A DNA stretch of 64,000 bases from Epsilonproteobacteria bacterium (ex Lamellibrachia satsuma) (lineage in GTDB: Bacteria; Campylobacterota; Campylobacteria; Campylobacterales; Sulfurovaceae). Under the pieces are notes generated by a model that was given only the letters and a program-made list of their open reading frames with translations, searched no databases and was not told the origin of the DNA. The translations under genes were made by a program, and so were the position numbers. The DNA is taken from assembly GCA_003934925.1 (NCBI GenBank), contig JQIX01000063.1:2030-66029 (forward strand), given 5' to 3'. Below are positions 31,533 to 43,097 of the stretch, one piece after another; positions within the stretch are counted from its first letter, which is position 1; each line of letters starts with the position of its first letter.

Positions 31533-32813
31533 TTAAATAATACCTCCTGCATTGACTCCCCAGGTCGTTCTCCATCGTGTCTTGACAAAGCTGAGCCCTG
31601 TGATTGCAACAAGAACGACACAGGCAAAGATAAGGAATCCCACCATATACCCATCAAATGCTCCTTTGGACCATCCCAGTGTCTTGATGAGAGCCGTACC
31701 GCCAAGACCACCGGCACATCCTACTATCCCTGTCATAATACCGATGTCCTTTCCGAAACGCTGCGGTACAAGCTGGAACACGGCACCATTTGCCATACCC
31801 AAACTCGCCATAATGAAGAAAAGCACAGCGATAGCAAAAAAGAACGGTAATTCTACCAAAGCGATCACCGCTGCAAGAACCGATACAGCACCATAAAAGA
31901 AGTAAAGTGCTTTCACACCGCCTATCTTGTCTGCGATGTTCCCTCCCACCGGTCTGAGAACGGCACCGGCAAAGATTGTCAATGCTCCAAAATATCCGGC
32001 GATAACCTTTACATTCGGTTCATCAAGTACATTAAGTCCAAATGCACTCATATCTGCCTGATAGGTATTCATCAGATAGACTTTCATATACCCTGCAAAC
32101 CCAACGAAACCACCAAAAGAAATGGCATAGAAGAGGTTGAACCACCATGTATCTTTATCTCTTAGAAGTTTGAGGTAGTCAGCCACCTTTTTCGGTCTTG
32201 CTTTATAGACAGATGCTGGGGCATTCTTTGCAAGAAAAAGATAGGCGATGAATACCACGATCGCCATAGCGGCACCTACACCGAACACTGATTCCCAACC
32301 CCACTTCTCTGCGATCTTTGGTGCAAAGAGGAAGTCAAGTACCACACCGATATTACCTGCTCCTGCAATACCCAGAACAACTCCCTGTAGTTTTGGCGGA
32401 TACCACTGCCCTGCCTGGGGAAGTGCCACAGCAAAGGATGCACCTGCGAATCCCAGTCCAAGCGCAACGATCAGAAGCTGATTATAGGTAATATCACCAC
32501 CTTTCATATAGGCTAAAAGCAATGAAGCTATCACTATAGCCTGTGCGATCAATGCCGTAAGTTTTGCCCCCAGTTTATCTACACCAAAACCAAGTATGAT
32601 CCTCAGGATCGCTCCTGAGAGGATAGGCAGAGAAAGCAGTGTCGCTTTCTGTCCTGCTGTGATGATCTCCCCGTGCGCCGCCAATGCCTCTGTGATCTCT
32701 GTTGAAAGTGGCCCCAGCATGGTCCACACCATAAAACTCATATCAAAATATAAAAAAGCCATGAACAAGGTTGGGAAATGTCCCTGTCCTTTGAGTGCCT
32801 TAAATCCTGCCAT
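31533..32813 (-). CDS. narK: NarK/NasA-family MFS nitrate/nitrite transporter
   Basis: FDMSFMVW, GFAGASFAV, GIAGAGNIG, FGGFVG, GMANGAVFQLVP. Confidence 0.93.
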   Translation of the reverse strand: MAGFKALKGQGHFPTLFMAFLYFDMSFMVWTMLGPLSTEITEALAAHGEIITAGQKATLLSLPILSGAILRIILGFGVDKLGAKLTALIAQAIVIASLLLAYMKGGDITYNQLLIVALGLGFAGASFAVALPQAGQWYPPKLQGVVLGIAGAGNIGVVLDFLFAPKIAEKWGWESVFGVGAAMAIVVFIAYLFLAKNAPASVYKARPKKVADYLKLLRDKDTWWFNLFYAISFGGFVGFAGYMKVYLMNTYQADMSAFGLNVLDEPNVKVIAGYFGALTIFAGAVLRPVGGNIADKIGGVKALYFFYGAVSVLAAVIALVELPFFFAIAVLFFIMASLGMANGAVFQLVPQRFGKDIGIMTGIVGCAGGLGGTALIKTLGWSKGAFDGYMVGFLIFACVVLVAITGLSFVKTRWRTTWGVNAGGII

Positions 32814-32880
32814 TTTGTCTCCTTAAACATATGTGATGCAGAAGTATATTCTAAAATGATGCTTATACTAGACACACTCT

Positions 32881-32897
32881 TGGTTAAAATTTAATCA
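32881..32897. promoter_or_regulatory. N-box palindrome TGGTTAA-AAT-TTAATCA upstream of narK
   Basis: One mismatch to TGATTAA-N3-TTAATCA. Confidence 0.75.
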
Positions 32898-32991
32898 ATC
32901 TAGTATATTTGTTGAGCTTTTAACAATAATATATACTTTTTAAAGCCTGAAAACTATACGCCTTCATCATTGAGATTAAAAAAATACTAAA

Positions 32992-33008
32992 TGATTAATA
33001 ATTAATCA
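32992..33008. promoter_or_regulatory. N-box palindrome TGATTAA-TAA-TTAATCA upstream of nirA
   Basis: Perfect 7-3-7 inverted repeat. Confidence 0.8.
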
Positions 33009-33089
33009 ATAACATTATATATCTCTGACAAAACCAAGATACAATAAAAAACCAATTTAGCAGTGCAAACAAAAAGAGAGTGATAAAAT

Positions 33090-35009
33090 ATGACCATTTT
33101 AGAAAAAGCCTTAGAGGCAAGAAGCAAAAAAGTAAACAAAGTAGAAGCCACCAAAGCACAAAAAGCACCCATGGATGTCTATGCCAAACTTGAAGAAATT
33201 GCATCAGCAGGGTATGAGGGGTTGGCCAAAGAGGACAGTGCCTACTTTTTGAAATCTTTTGGACTTTTTGACAAAGGTGAAGATTTTATGCTAAGAGTGC
33301 GTGTGCCTGTAGGTCAATTGACAAACCAACAGGCACAGCGCATAGGAGAAGTAGCCCAAAGGTACGGTAATGACTACATCGATATTACTACACGTATGCA
33401 GATCGTACTGCGATACATTCAAATAGAAAACATCGCCAAAGTACTCAAGGATCTCAAAGAGGTAGGTCTTAGCACTTTTCAGACAGGCGTGGACAACACA
33501 CGGAACATTGTTTCAGACCCTCTTGATGGTCTGGCGTATGACAATGTCATTACCATCAAGGCCATCGTTAATAAAATAGAGCAGAGAATTATAGAAAACC
33601 CTGAGTGGATCTCTACACTTCCAAGAAAATTCAATACCGGAATACTCGGTTCACTTTCCAACTCTTGCAATATATTCGGTCATGACTGCTGTTTTGTACT
33701 TGCTCAAAAGGAGGGAGTATTCGGGTTTAATGTTTATCTAGGAGCCAGAGTAGGTGTGCAGGCAAAGGATGCCAACCTCTTTATCACCGCTGAGGAGGTA
33801 CCGGCATTTTATGAAGCACTTTTGGGGGTCTTTAAAAAATACGGCTACCGAGACAACCGAAACAAGAACCGTTTGCACTTTTTGCTTAGCGATGTAGGTA
33901 TAGAGCATTTTGTAGAAGCGGTTATGGAGGAAGGCGGTCTGAAGTATACTCCGGCAGGTGTAACGATGGTACAGTCACAGAATATTGCCCTTGGTTCCAA
34001 CAAGGTACTGCTGAAAGACGGTACGTTTGCCTACAAGATCATCGTACCTTCAGGGATCTTCAGCGGGTCTGATATGATGGCAGCAGCCAAAGCTTCTAAA
34101 AGTTACGGTGACGGGAACATCAGGCTGACCTATGACCAAAATCTCTACATCATCAATATTCCTACGGAAAATTTACCGGGATTAGAATCAAGTGAAATTG
34201 TCACAGACTATGCAAAGTTCAACAACCTTTACTTTAACGATATGATAGCCTGTGCAGGCACAAAAACATGTAGTTTCGGGGTCATCCCTAACAAAGCAGA
34301 TGCCATAGATATGGCGCATTTCCTCAGCTCAGAAGTAGCTATAGAAAATGCCAATGTACGTATGAACTGGTCTGCATGCCCTAAAGGTTGCGGGGTACAT
34401 GGTATCGCAGATATTGGTTTTGAAGGGTGCAAGGCTAAAGATGATGAAGGCAACCGTGTGGACGGTGTACACATTTTTGTTGGCGGAAAGATCACTCGTG
34501 TTGCAAAAGAGGCACATGTTTTACACAAAGCGCTTCCTATTACAGAAGCCAAACATCATGTGAAATATCTGTTAAAAACATATGCCGCACATAAGTTAAG
34601 AGCAGAAACATATGAAGCCTTTGATGACAGGTTATTAAGTGCAAACTACTCATTTCAAGCCCTTGGTTTCTTTACCAAGATCAATTATGTTTTAAATGAG
34701 AAGCTGGGTCTTGATATAGTGTTTGAACTGGACAAAGAGCCTAGAACCTATAAAAAAGAGGAGTTTGAACTCTTTGATTTCGGATTGAAGCTTTTTAAAC
34801 TTCTTACAAATGAAAAGCGTTATGATGCTGTAGAGAATTTTGAGCCCATCAAAGCACAACCCCGGAAAATCAAAAGAGATGAAGTCAGCAAACTTAATCC
34901 TAAAGTACCTGCAAAATTAAGCGAGATCATTTACAATATGACTCACCAGGATAAAAGAGAGAGAGCACAGGTATTTTCCGAACTGCTTGTTGCACTGAAA
35001 GAGGTTTAA
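33090..35009 (+). CDS. nirA: Ferredoxin-nitrite reductase (NirA-type) with C-terminal extension
   Basis: MLRVRVP, ITTRMQI, LPRKFN, ACAGTKTC...SACPKGC siroheme/4Fe-4S cysteines. Confidence 0.9.
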   Translation: MTILEKALEARSKKVNKVEATKAQKAPMDVYAKLEEIASAGYEGLAKEDSAYFLKSFGLFDKGEDFMLRVRVPVGQLTNQQAQRIGEVAQRYGNDYIDITTRMQIVLRYIQIENIAKVLKDLKEVGLSTFQTGVDNTRNIVSDPLDGLAYDNVITIKAIVNKIEQRIIENPEWISTLPRKFNTGILGSLSNSCNIFGHDCCFVLAQKEGVFGFNVYLGARVGVQAKDANLFITAEEVPAFYEALLGVFKKYGYRDNRNKNRLHFLLSDVGIEHFVEAVMEEGGLKYTPAGVTMVQSQNIALGSNKVLLKDGTFAYKIIVPSGIFSGSDMMAAAKASKSYGDGNIRLTYDQNLYIINIPTENLPGLESSEIVTDYAKFNNLYFNDMIACAGTKTCSFGVIPNKADAIDMAHFLSSEVAIENANVRMNWSACPKGCGVHGIADIGFEGCKAKDDEGNRVDGVHIFVGGKITRVAKEAHVLHKALPITEAKHHVKYLLKTYAAHKLRAETYEAFDDRLLSANYSFQALGFFTKINYVLNEKLGLDIVFELDKEPRTYKKEEFELFDFGLKLFKLLTNEKRYDAVENFEPIKAQPRKIKRDEVSKLNPKVPAKLSEIIYNMTHQDKRERAQVFSELLVALKEV

Positions 35010-35010
35010 A

Positions 35011-37011
35011 ATGAATCAAACTGTATGTGCATACTGTGGTGTAGGATGTAAGTTTGAAATCAGTAATGGCAAACTAAAAGGTGTAAAGAGCTACCCTGTC
35101 AATAAAGGACTTTCGTGTGCAAAAGGCATGTCTCAAATTAAAAGTATTTTTACCAACAGACTCCTCATGCCTCAAATAAGAAGTAATATAAAAGATGAAT
35201 TTGGAGCTACAAATTATGATCATGCCATTAAAACCATTGCAAAAAAGATCAAAAATACACATCCACAAAAAACAGCTTTTTATCTCTCAGGCCAAATGCT
35301 CAATGAAGATTATTATATTGCCAACAAATTAGCTAAGGGCTTCATTGGTACTCCTCACTGTGATACCAACTCCAGAACCTGTATGGCAAGTGCTGTAGTA
35401 GGATACAAAAAATCATTTGGAGTGGATTATGTACCAGTCCGCATTGAAGATATAGAACATGCAAATCTTATGATCATCATCGGCGCTAATCCGGCAGAAG
35501 CTCATGTGGTACTCTTTAACAAGATCAAAAAAGCCCAAAAACAGGGAATGAAAGTCATAGTCATAGATCCCAGAGAGACAATGACGGCCAAGATAGCCGA
35601 CCTCTACCTGCCTTTGAGGGCAGGAAGCGATATAGATCTGCTGAACTTATTATGTAAAAAACTTATACATAACGGTAATATTGATAATGATTTTATTTTA
35701 AAACATTCTAATGGATTTAATGAATATAAAAACAGTCTGATGCTGCTGGATGATAATAAGTTGCTAGAAAGTACTGGTCTTAGTCAAAAACAATTCGATA
35801 TGTTTTTAAAACTTTGGATAAAGAATAAAAATATCATTACCGCATGGACAATGGGTCTGAATCAGTCAGTCCAGGGTGTAGATAAAAACCTGGCGGTCAA
35901 TAACCTGCATATTATCACAGGACAGATTAACAAACAAGGTTCAGGCCCTTTCTCTTTGACCGGACAACCCAATGCCATGGGTGGCAGAGAGGTAGGTGGA
36001 CTCAGTACTACTCTGGCCGTACACTTAGACTACTCCAAAGAGAATTGCCAAAAAGTATCTAAGTTTTGGAATACAGATAAATTGCCAAGCAAACAGGGAT
36101 TGACAGCTTTTGAGATGATAGAAGCAGCAGACAAAGGAGAGCTTGATGTTCTTATTATTTGCCATACCGATCCTGTGTATCATCTGCCCAACAGACATTT
36201 CGTTGAAACTGCTTTTAAAAAGATAGCTCTGGTAGTAGAGATAAATGCATATGAGCAGAGTGAAACTTCCAAGTATACACACATTCGCATACCGGCTGTA
36301 CCCTTTGGGCAAAAAGAAGGTACACAGACCAATCTGGACAGGACCGTAAGCAGAGTAGAGAATTTTCATTCTAAAGACGGACTACTTCAGGATTGGGAGA
36401 TATTTGCCAAACTTGGGAGAGCACTTGGATATAAAAAGGCATTTGATTTTGCCGATACAAAAGCAGTATTTGATGAATATAAAGCAATGACAAGACTCAG
36501 TAAAAATGGCCATTTGGACATTTATAAAGCCGACTACAACAACCTTAAAAGCAAACCTTTTGTATGGGGGAAAGAACTCTATAAAAACAACCGGTTCTTT
36601 ACCCAAAACAAAAAAGCAAATCTCTTTTTTATAAGAAATAAAAACCTCTCAGAGCAGCCAAATGAAAAATATCCGTTCATTCTACTAACAGGACGTACTA
36701 GGGACCAATGGCATACAGGTAGTAAAACTGCGCAGGTAGATACTCTGCTGCATCATAAACCTATTGAATTTGTAGAAATGAATTCTGCTGATGCTTTGGA
36801 ATTAGACATTAATGAAAATGATACAGTATGGGCAATCTCCAAAAGAGGCAAATTAAAAGTTCAAGTGATTTTTGCGAATATAAACAGAAAAACCATTTTT
36901 ATACCTGTTTCCCATAAAGAGATCAATTACCTCACAGACGATAAACTGGATCCACTATCCAAAGAACCCGATTATAATCATAGTGGTGTGAGGATAGAGA
37001 AGATAGTATAG
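35011..37011 (+). CDS. Assimilatory nitrate reductase catalytic subunit (NarB/NasA-type molybdoenzyme)
   Basis: CAYCGVGC...CAKG, DTNSRTCMASA, SLTGQPNAMGGREVGG, LLTGRTRDQWHTG. Confidence 0.92.
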   Translation: MNQTVCAYCGVGCKFEISNGKLKGVKSYPVNKGLSCAKGMSQIKSIFTNRLLMPQIRSNIKDEFGATNYDHAIKTIAKKIKNTHPQKTAFYLSGQMLNEDYYIANKLAKGFIGTPHCDTNSRTCMASAVVGYKKSFGVDYVPVRIEDIEHANLMIIIGANPAEAHVVLFNKIKKAQKQGMKVIVIDPRETMTAKIADLYLPLRAGSDIDLLNLLCKKLIHNGNIDNDFILKHSNGFNEYKNSLMLLDDNKLLESTGLSQKQFDMFLKLWIKNKNIITAWTMGLNQSVQGVDKNLAVNNLHIITGQINKQGSGPFSLTGQPNAMGGREVGGLSTTLAVHLDYSKENCQKVSKFWNTDKLPSKQGLTAFEMIEAADKGELDVLIICHTDPVYHLPNRHFVETAFKKIALVVEINAYEQSETSKYTHIRIPAVPFGQKEGTQTNLDRTVSRVENFHSKDGLLQDWEIFAKLGRALGYKKAFDFADTKAVFDEYKAMTRLSKNGHLDIYKADYNNLKSKPFVWGKELYKNNRFFTQNKKANLFFIRNKNLSEQPNEKYPFILLTGRTRDQWHTGSKTAQVDTLLHHKPIEFVEMNSADALELDINENDTVWAISKRGKLKVQVIFANINRKTIFIPVSHKEINYLTDDKLDPLSKEPDYNHSGVRIEKIV

Positions 37012-37026
37012 TCATAAGAAATTATA

Positions 37027-37830
37027 TTACAGAAGCGCTTTCAGATCATCCAGATCGAATAAAAGCAAACTCTCATCTTCCATACCCAAGAGCTCATTGG
37101 AAAATCCGCTCTTGGAAAAAAGAGCATACACATCTACTTTAATACCTGACTGCAAAGCCTTGGATCTAAGTTTTGTCAGTTCATTCTTGCAGACTTTCCG
37201 GTCTTTATATTTACACTCACCCAAGATAAGTTTCTTATTGGTGGTGATCGCTAAAATATCAAACTCACTGTATTGGTCCCAGTAGCTTCCATGACTGAGC
37301 AGTGGTGTAGAGTTTTCATAATATTTGACAAGCAGTGCATCACAAAGTTGTTCATAGACCAAAGTTCGCAAACGCACATAATTATTCTGAAAATTCTCTA
37401 AAAAAGCTCCGCCCTTACCTTGAAGCAACTCATTTTTATAGTATGTCACAAACCCAAACCAAAAACGCATAAAAGGCTGCACAAAACGCAGTTTATCCTG
37501 TATGCGGTAGGAACGGAGTTCTTTTTTAAGTTTATGTTTTGGATGTACACGAAGAGGACTCTCCCTGCTGGGCTCAAGCCAAAGAATTTCAAGAGAGATA
37601 AGCTCTCTGATGATCTCCTCTCCCACCCCTTCACTCAATCTTGCTTTTCTCAATACGGAGTAGAATTTTCCATCTCCCATTGCTGCAGCCATCAGTACTT
37701 CACGATAAGGTGTTTCAAGCAGATACGAAGGGGAAACAAGCATTTGAAATTTAGAGAAGTTATCTACAAAGTTGGACTTGACCATCTCGAACACATTTTC
37801 AAAATAATCCAGTTCTATATTTTCTTGCAC
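37027..37830 (-). CDS. DUF234-domain protein (C-terminal nuclease-like fold); true start probably further upstream
   Basis: PFMRFWFGFV, SYWDQYSEFDIL, ILGECKYK, LFSKSGFS; frame stays open to 37938. Confidence 0.8.
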   Translation of the reverse strand: MQENIELDYFENVFEMVKSNFVDNFSKFQMLVSPSYLLETPYREVLMAAAMGDGKFYSVLRKARLSEGVGEEIIRELISLEILWLEPSRESPLRVHPKHKLKKELRSYRIQDKLRFVQPFMRFWFGFVTYYKNELLQGKGGAFLENFQNNYVRLRTLVYEQLCDALLVKYYENSTPLLSHGSYWDQYSEFDILAITTNKKLILGECKYKDRKVCKNELTKLRSKALQSGIKVDVYALFSKSGFSNELLGMEDESLLLFDLDDLKALL

Positions 37831-38027
37831 ACCACCTAAAATAGAAAAATATTCAACCGACTGCTCTAATGTGAAGTGCGGGTACTGTTCACAAAAATAT
37901 TTAAACGCGTTTTTAATGTATTTGCCTTGAATTGATAATTAGGTATAAGTTTAACATATTTTTGCTACAATAATCCTAGTCAAGCATGATGTTTTTTTCA
38001 TCATCTATTTGTATATAAAGTATTACT

Positions 38028-38762
38028 ATGGAAGCATTTTTTACCAAATCAGAACAAGTACAAAGCATTATTAAGGGCTTTAATCTTACTAAAACCCTTT
38101 TTGTCTCCTCCATCATTATAGGGGAACCGAATATCGGGAAGAAATCATTGGTCCGTTACCTTTTTCCTGAAGCACCTCTAGTCTCCGGTATAAACCAGGA
38201 AGAGGTAGAGGCAGCATTGCTGGAATATGATGAACTCATCATCACAGATTTTGAAAAACTCAGCAATCAAGAATCACTTAATTTAGACAATAAACGCATT
38301 ATAGCTACAGCAAACTATGTCGGCAATCAGCAGACTATCGATACTCTTTTTGCATTTATCTATATGATGCCCTCTTTTAAAGAACGTCCTGAGGATACTG
38401 CCTATATCAGAGATCTTTTCATTAAAGAAGCTCTGTCCGATCTTATGATCGAAGAGTCAGATTTTTCCGCTGAAGAGATACCTCTGAACCTCAATCATAA
38501 CAGTAAAACACTCAAAAGATCCATCTATAAGCATTTAATGAACTATTCTATGGATGAAAAAAGTATCCAGGAGTCCATTTACCATTATATCCTGAAACAT
38601 TTGGAAGGGAACAATGGATACAAAGAGTATCTTGGTCTATATGAAAAACCCCTTATTGAAGCGGGGCTTAAGAAGTTTGGTTCACAACTACAACTTTCAC
38701 AGGTGCTGGGCATCAACAGAAATACCCTCAGAAAGAAGATACATGAACACAATATCGATTGA
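38028..38762 (+). CDS. NtrC-like Fis-HTH regulator with degenerate AAA domain and no receiver domain
   Basis: IIGEPNIGKK, RIIATAN, PSFKERPED, EKPLIE...LGINRNTLRKKI; no GAFTGA. Confidence 0.85.
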   Translation: MEAFFTKSEQVQSIIKGFNLTKTLFVSSIIIGEPNIGKKSLVRYLFPEAPLVSGINQEEVEAALLEYDELIITDFEKLSNQESLNLDNKRIIATANYVGNQQTIDTLFAFIYMMPSFKERPEDTAYIRDLFIKEALSDLMIEESDFSAEEIPLNLNHNSKTLKRSIYKHLMNYSMDEKSIQESIYHYILKHLEGNNGYKEYLGLYEKPLIEAGLKKFGSQLQLSQVLGINRNTLRKKIHEHNID

Positions 38763-39447
38763 TTTCCAAAAATTTCTTGACTGGGACAACAGCCCTTTCA
38801 TTCTTTTTAGTTCATCAGGCAAAATACTCTACCTCAATAATGCCGCAGAAATACTTTTTGGCTATGTTTCAAAAAAAGAACTTTACGACCTCACACTTGC
38901 TTATGCGCCACAGACCTTTGGTTACAAAACAACCACACTTTCCCTGAACTATGATTCTTTCAGTTTTTATGCTATTACCGTAGGCTATGAGGATGAAGAT
39001 CAGATATCTATACGTTTTTACAATGCACCACGAATCAAATCAGTAACACCCATTGAAAGGGACAAACTGGTGAGTACCGATATTAATCTGCTGCTTGAAG
39101 CAAATATCGCACTCTTTAAAACAAAAAATACAAATACTCTGCAGCTACTTACAGACCCAGATATCCCTTCTTTTAAAATAGACCAGAACAGATTTTCCAA
39201 ACTGCTTAGAAAAACACTTGATGCTTTCAGAGCTTCCGACTCCATTCACATTACACTAAAACTTTTGGTCGGGGAACATGTCATTATATCCGGAAAGAAA
39301 AAATCTATCGTACAACTTAGCATAGAGGCAAATGGACGCTACAATGATACAGATGAAGAGATACATACTATTGCTGCACAAAGTCATATTACCTTATTAC
39401 TTAAAGAAAGAACGATTAAATTAGAAATACCACTTATTCAGGATTGA
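38743..39447 (+). CDS. PAS-domain protein with degenerate HATPase-like tail (pseudo-NtrB)
   Basis: SPFILFSSSGKILYLNNAAEILFG (PAS); DINLLLE and TDPDIPSFKIDQNRFSKLL resemble kinase-core linkers; no H-box visible. Confidence 0.65.
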   Translation: MNTISIDFQKFLDWDNSPFILFSSSGKILYLNNAAEILFGYVSKKELYDLTLAYAPQTFGYKTTTLSLNYDSFSFYAITVGYEDEDQISIRFYNAPRIKSVTPIERDKLVSTDINLLLEANIALFKTKNTNTLQLLTDPDIPSFKIDQNRFSKLLRKTLDAFRASDSIHITLKLLVGEHVIISGKKKSIVQLSIEANGRYNDTDEEIHTIAAQSHITLLLKERTIKLEIPLIQD

Positions 39448-39461
39448 TTAAAAATTAATCA
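39445..39461. promoter_or_regulatory. N-box palindrome TGATTAA-AAA-TTAATCA upstream of amtB
   Basis: Perfect 7-3-7 inverted repeat; extended -10 TGtTACTAT at 39491-39499. Confidence 0.8.
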
Positions 39462-39530
39462 TCTTTAAGATCAAAATACTCTAGTTTAGATGTTACTATA
39501 CCTTTGAAAATTATTTTAAAGGAATAGAAC

Positions 39531-40838
39531 ATGAAGTTAAAACTTTTGGCTCTAATGGCAGCTTTGCTGCCGGTTGCCGCTATGGCAGAAGACAAACTCG
39601 ATACGGGTGATACAGCATGGATGATGATCTCCACTGCACTTGTACTATTGATGACACCCGCAGGTCTTGCACTCTTTTACGCAGGTATGTCAAGAACAAA
39701 AAATGCATTGAACACCTATGCAATGGTCATGGGAGCATTTGTGCTTGCATTTGTTGTATGGGTTGTTGCAGGGTATTCAATGGCATTTGGAACATCTGAA
39801 GCTGCAGGCATACAGAAATTCATCGGAGGATTCGGTAACGTATTCCTAAACGGTATTGATTGGAAAGATCTTAGCGGTACTTATCCGACATTCGTATTTA
39901 TCGCATTCCAGGGAACATTTGCTGCCATTACTGTAGCGATCGCGTCCGGTTCAGTGATCGGTCGTATGAAGTTTTCAACATGGCTGGTAATTGTAGCTCT
40001 ATGGGGTCTTGTCGTTTATGCTCCTATTACACACATGGTATGGGGTGGAGACGGTGCACTTCTTTTTGATGCCGGAGCACTTGACTTTGCCGGTGGTACA
40101 GTTGTACACATGAACGGTGGTTTGGCTGGTCTTGTTCTTGCTATCCTGGTTGGCAAAAGAACAGGGTATCCTAAAATTGCCATGAAACCTTTCTCTATCA
40201 TCTTTACTGCGGCAGGTGCTGCATTACTATGGTTCGGTTGGTACGGATTTAATGCCGGTTCAGCATTCGGTGCAAATGCCATCGCTGGTGTCGCATTGTT
40301 GACTACAACCATTGCTACTGCTGCCGCCGGTCTTACATGGTTGATCATCGAGTGGATTGTCTATAAAAAACCGACACTGCTTGGAATTGCATCCGGTATT
40401 GTTGCCGGCCTTGTAGCTATTACTCCTGCTGCCGGTTTCGTCAGTGTTGGTGGAGCATTCATTGTGGGTATCGGTGGTTCACTGATCGGATTCTTCGGTG
40501 TGGTGAAACTCAAGAAAATGTTTGGATATGATGATTCTCTCGATGCATTCGGTATCCACTTCCTTGCAGGACTCTGGGGTGCATTGATGACAGGTGTACT
40601 GGCACTTAATGACAAAGACCTTCTCTGGGACGGACCACTTAAGGAGAGCGGTGACAGAATGGGACAATTCATGGTTCAAGTTGAATCTGTTGCCATTGTA
40701 GGTATCTGGACACTTATTGGAACTGTGGTTGTTTACTATGTAGCATCTGCGTTGACTGGTGGTGCTAGAGTAGATGCTGAGACTGAAGAGATGGGTCTTG
40801 ACGAAGCAATACACGGTGAAAGAGGAATGAATTTATAA
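39531..40838 (+). CDS. amtB: Ammonium transporter AmtB with signal peptide
   Basis: LDTGDTAW, FQGTFA, DFAGGTVVH, WFGWYGFNAGS, DDSLDAFGIH. Confidence 0.96.
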   Translation: MKLKLLALMAALLPVAAMAEDKLDTGDTAWMMISTALVLLMTPAGLALFYAGMSRTKNALNTYAMVMGAFVLAFVVWVVAGYSMAFGTSEAAGIQKFIGGFGNVFLNGIDWKDLSGTYPTFVFIAFQGTFAAITVAIASGSVIGRMKFSTWLVIVALWGLVVYAPITHMVWGGDGALLFDAGALDFAGGTVVHMNGGLAGLVLAILVGKRTGYPKIAMKPFSIIFTAAGAALLWFGWYGFNAGSAFGANAIAGVALLTTTIATAAAGLTWLIIEWIVYKKPTLLGIASGIVAGLVAITPAAGFVSVGGAFIVGIGGSLIGFFGVVKLKKMFGYDDSLDAFGIHFLAGLWGALMTGVLALNDKDLLWDGPLKESGDRMGQFMVQVESVAIVGIWTLIGTVVVYYVASALTGGARVDAETEEMGLDEAIHGERGMNL

Positions 40839-40850
40839 ATATAACGTGGT

Positions 40851-40865
40851 CAGGGCAAAGCCCTG
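40851..40865. other. Hairpin CAGGGC-AAA-GCCCTG between amtB and the PII gene, without a U-tract
   Basis: 6-bp GC-rich stem read directly. Confidence 0.45.
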
Positions 40866-40944
40866 CTTCACTGCGCTAACGCTGAATTTGCTTCAACAGC
40901 AGGTTCACGCAACTAGTTGCTTGTATTAAATTTGTACACAATGA

Positions 40945-41310
<366 letters not shown>

Positions 41311-41318
41311 CAATATTT

Positions 41319-41345
41319 AGTGTTGAGCGTTCAGCGTTCAGCACT
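41319..41345 (+). repeat. Heptamer array AG TGTTGAG CGTTCAG CGTTCAG CACT
   Basis: Starts 8 bp after the PII stop. Confidence 0.85.
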
Positions 41346-41386
41346 TTCAAATAAAATATTAATATTTTTCTCCATTTTTTAGTTAT

Positions 41387-41403
41387 TGATCAAATTTTAA
41401 TCA
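41387..41403. promoter_or_regulatory. N-box palindrome TGATCAA-ATT-TTAATCA upstream of the second amt
   Basis: One mismatch to the consensus. Confidence 0.72.
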
Positions 41404-41522
41404 CTTTTTTCTTTAAGATTCATATTAGAATTAAATTTCTGTATATTTTTTAAACAATATTTTCTACATTATCCCTTTTATTTGTTATACACTAATATAT
41501 ATTTAAATACTAGGAGTGGAAT

Positions 41523-43063
<1,541 letters not shown>

Positions 43064-43067
43064 TTTT

Positions 43068-43097
43068 AGCGTTAAGCGCTTAGCGCTTAGCGTTAAG
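43068..43097 (+). repeat. Heptamer array AG CGTTAAG CGCTTAG CGCTTAG CGTTAAG
   Basis: Four units between convergent genes; contains the yigZ stop codon. Confidence 0.88.

Noticed and set aside
31400-31717. 105-aa ORF across the narK 3' end
   Set aside because: Alternative frame of narK plus the heptamer array; no RBS or family signal.
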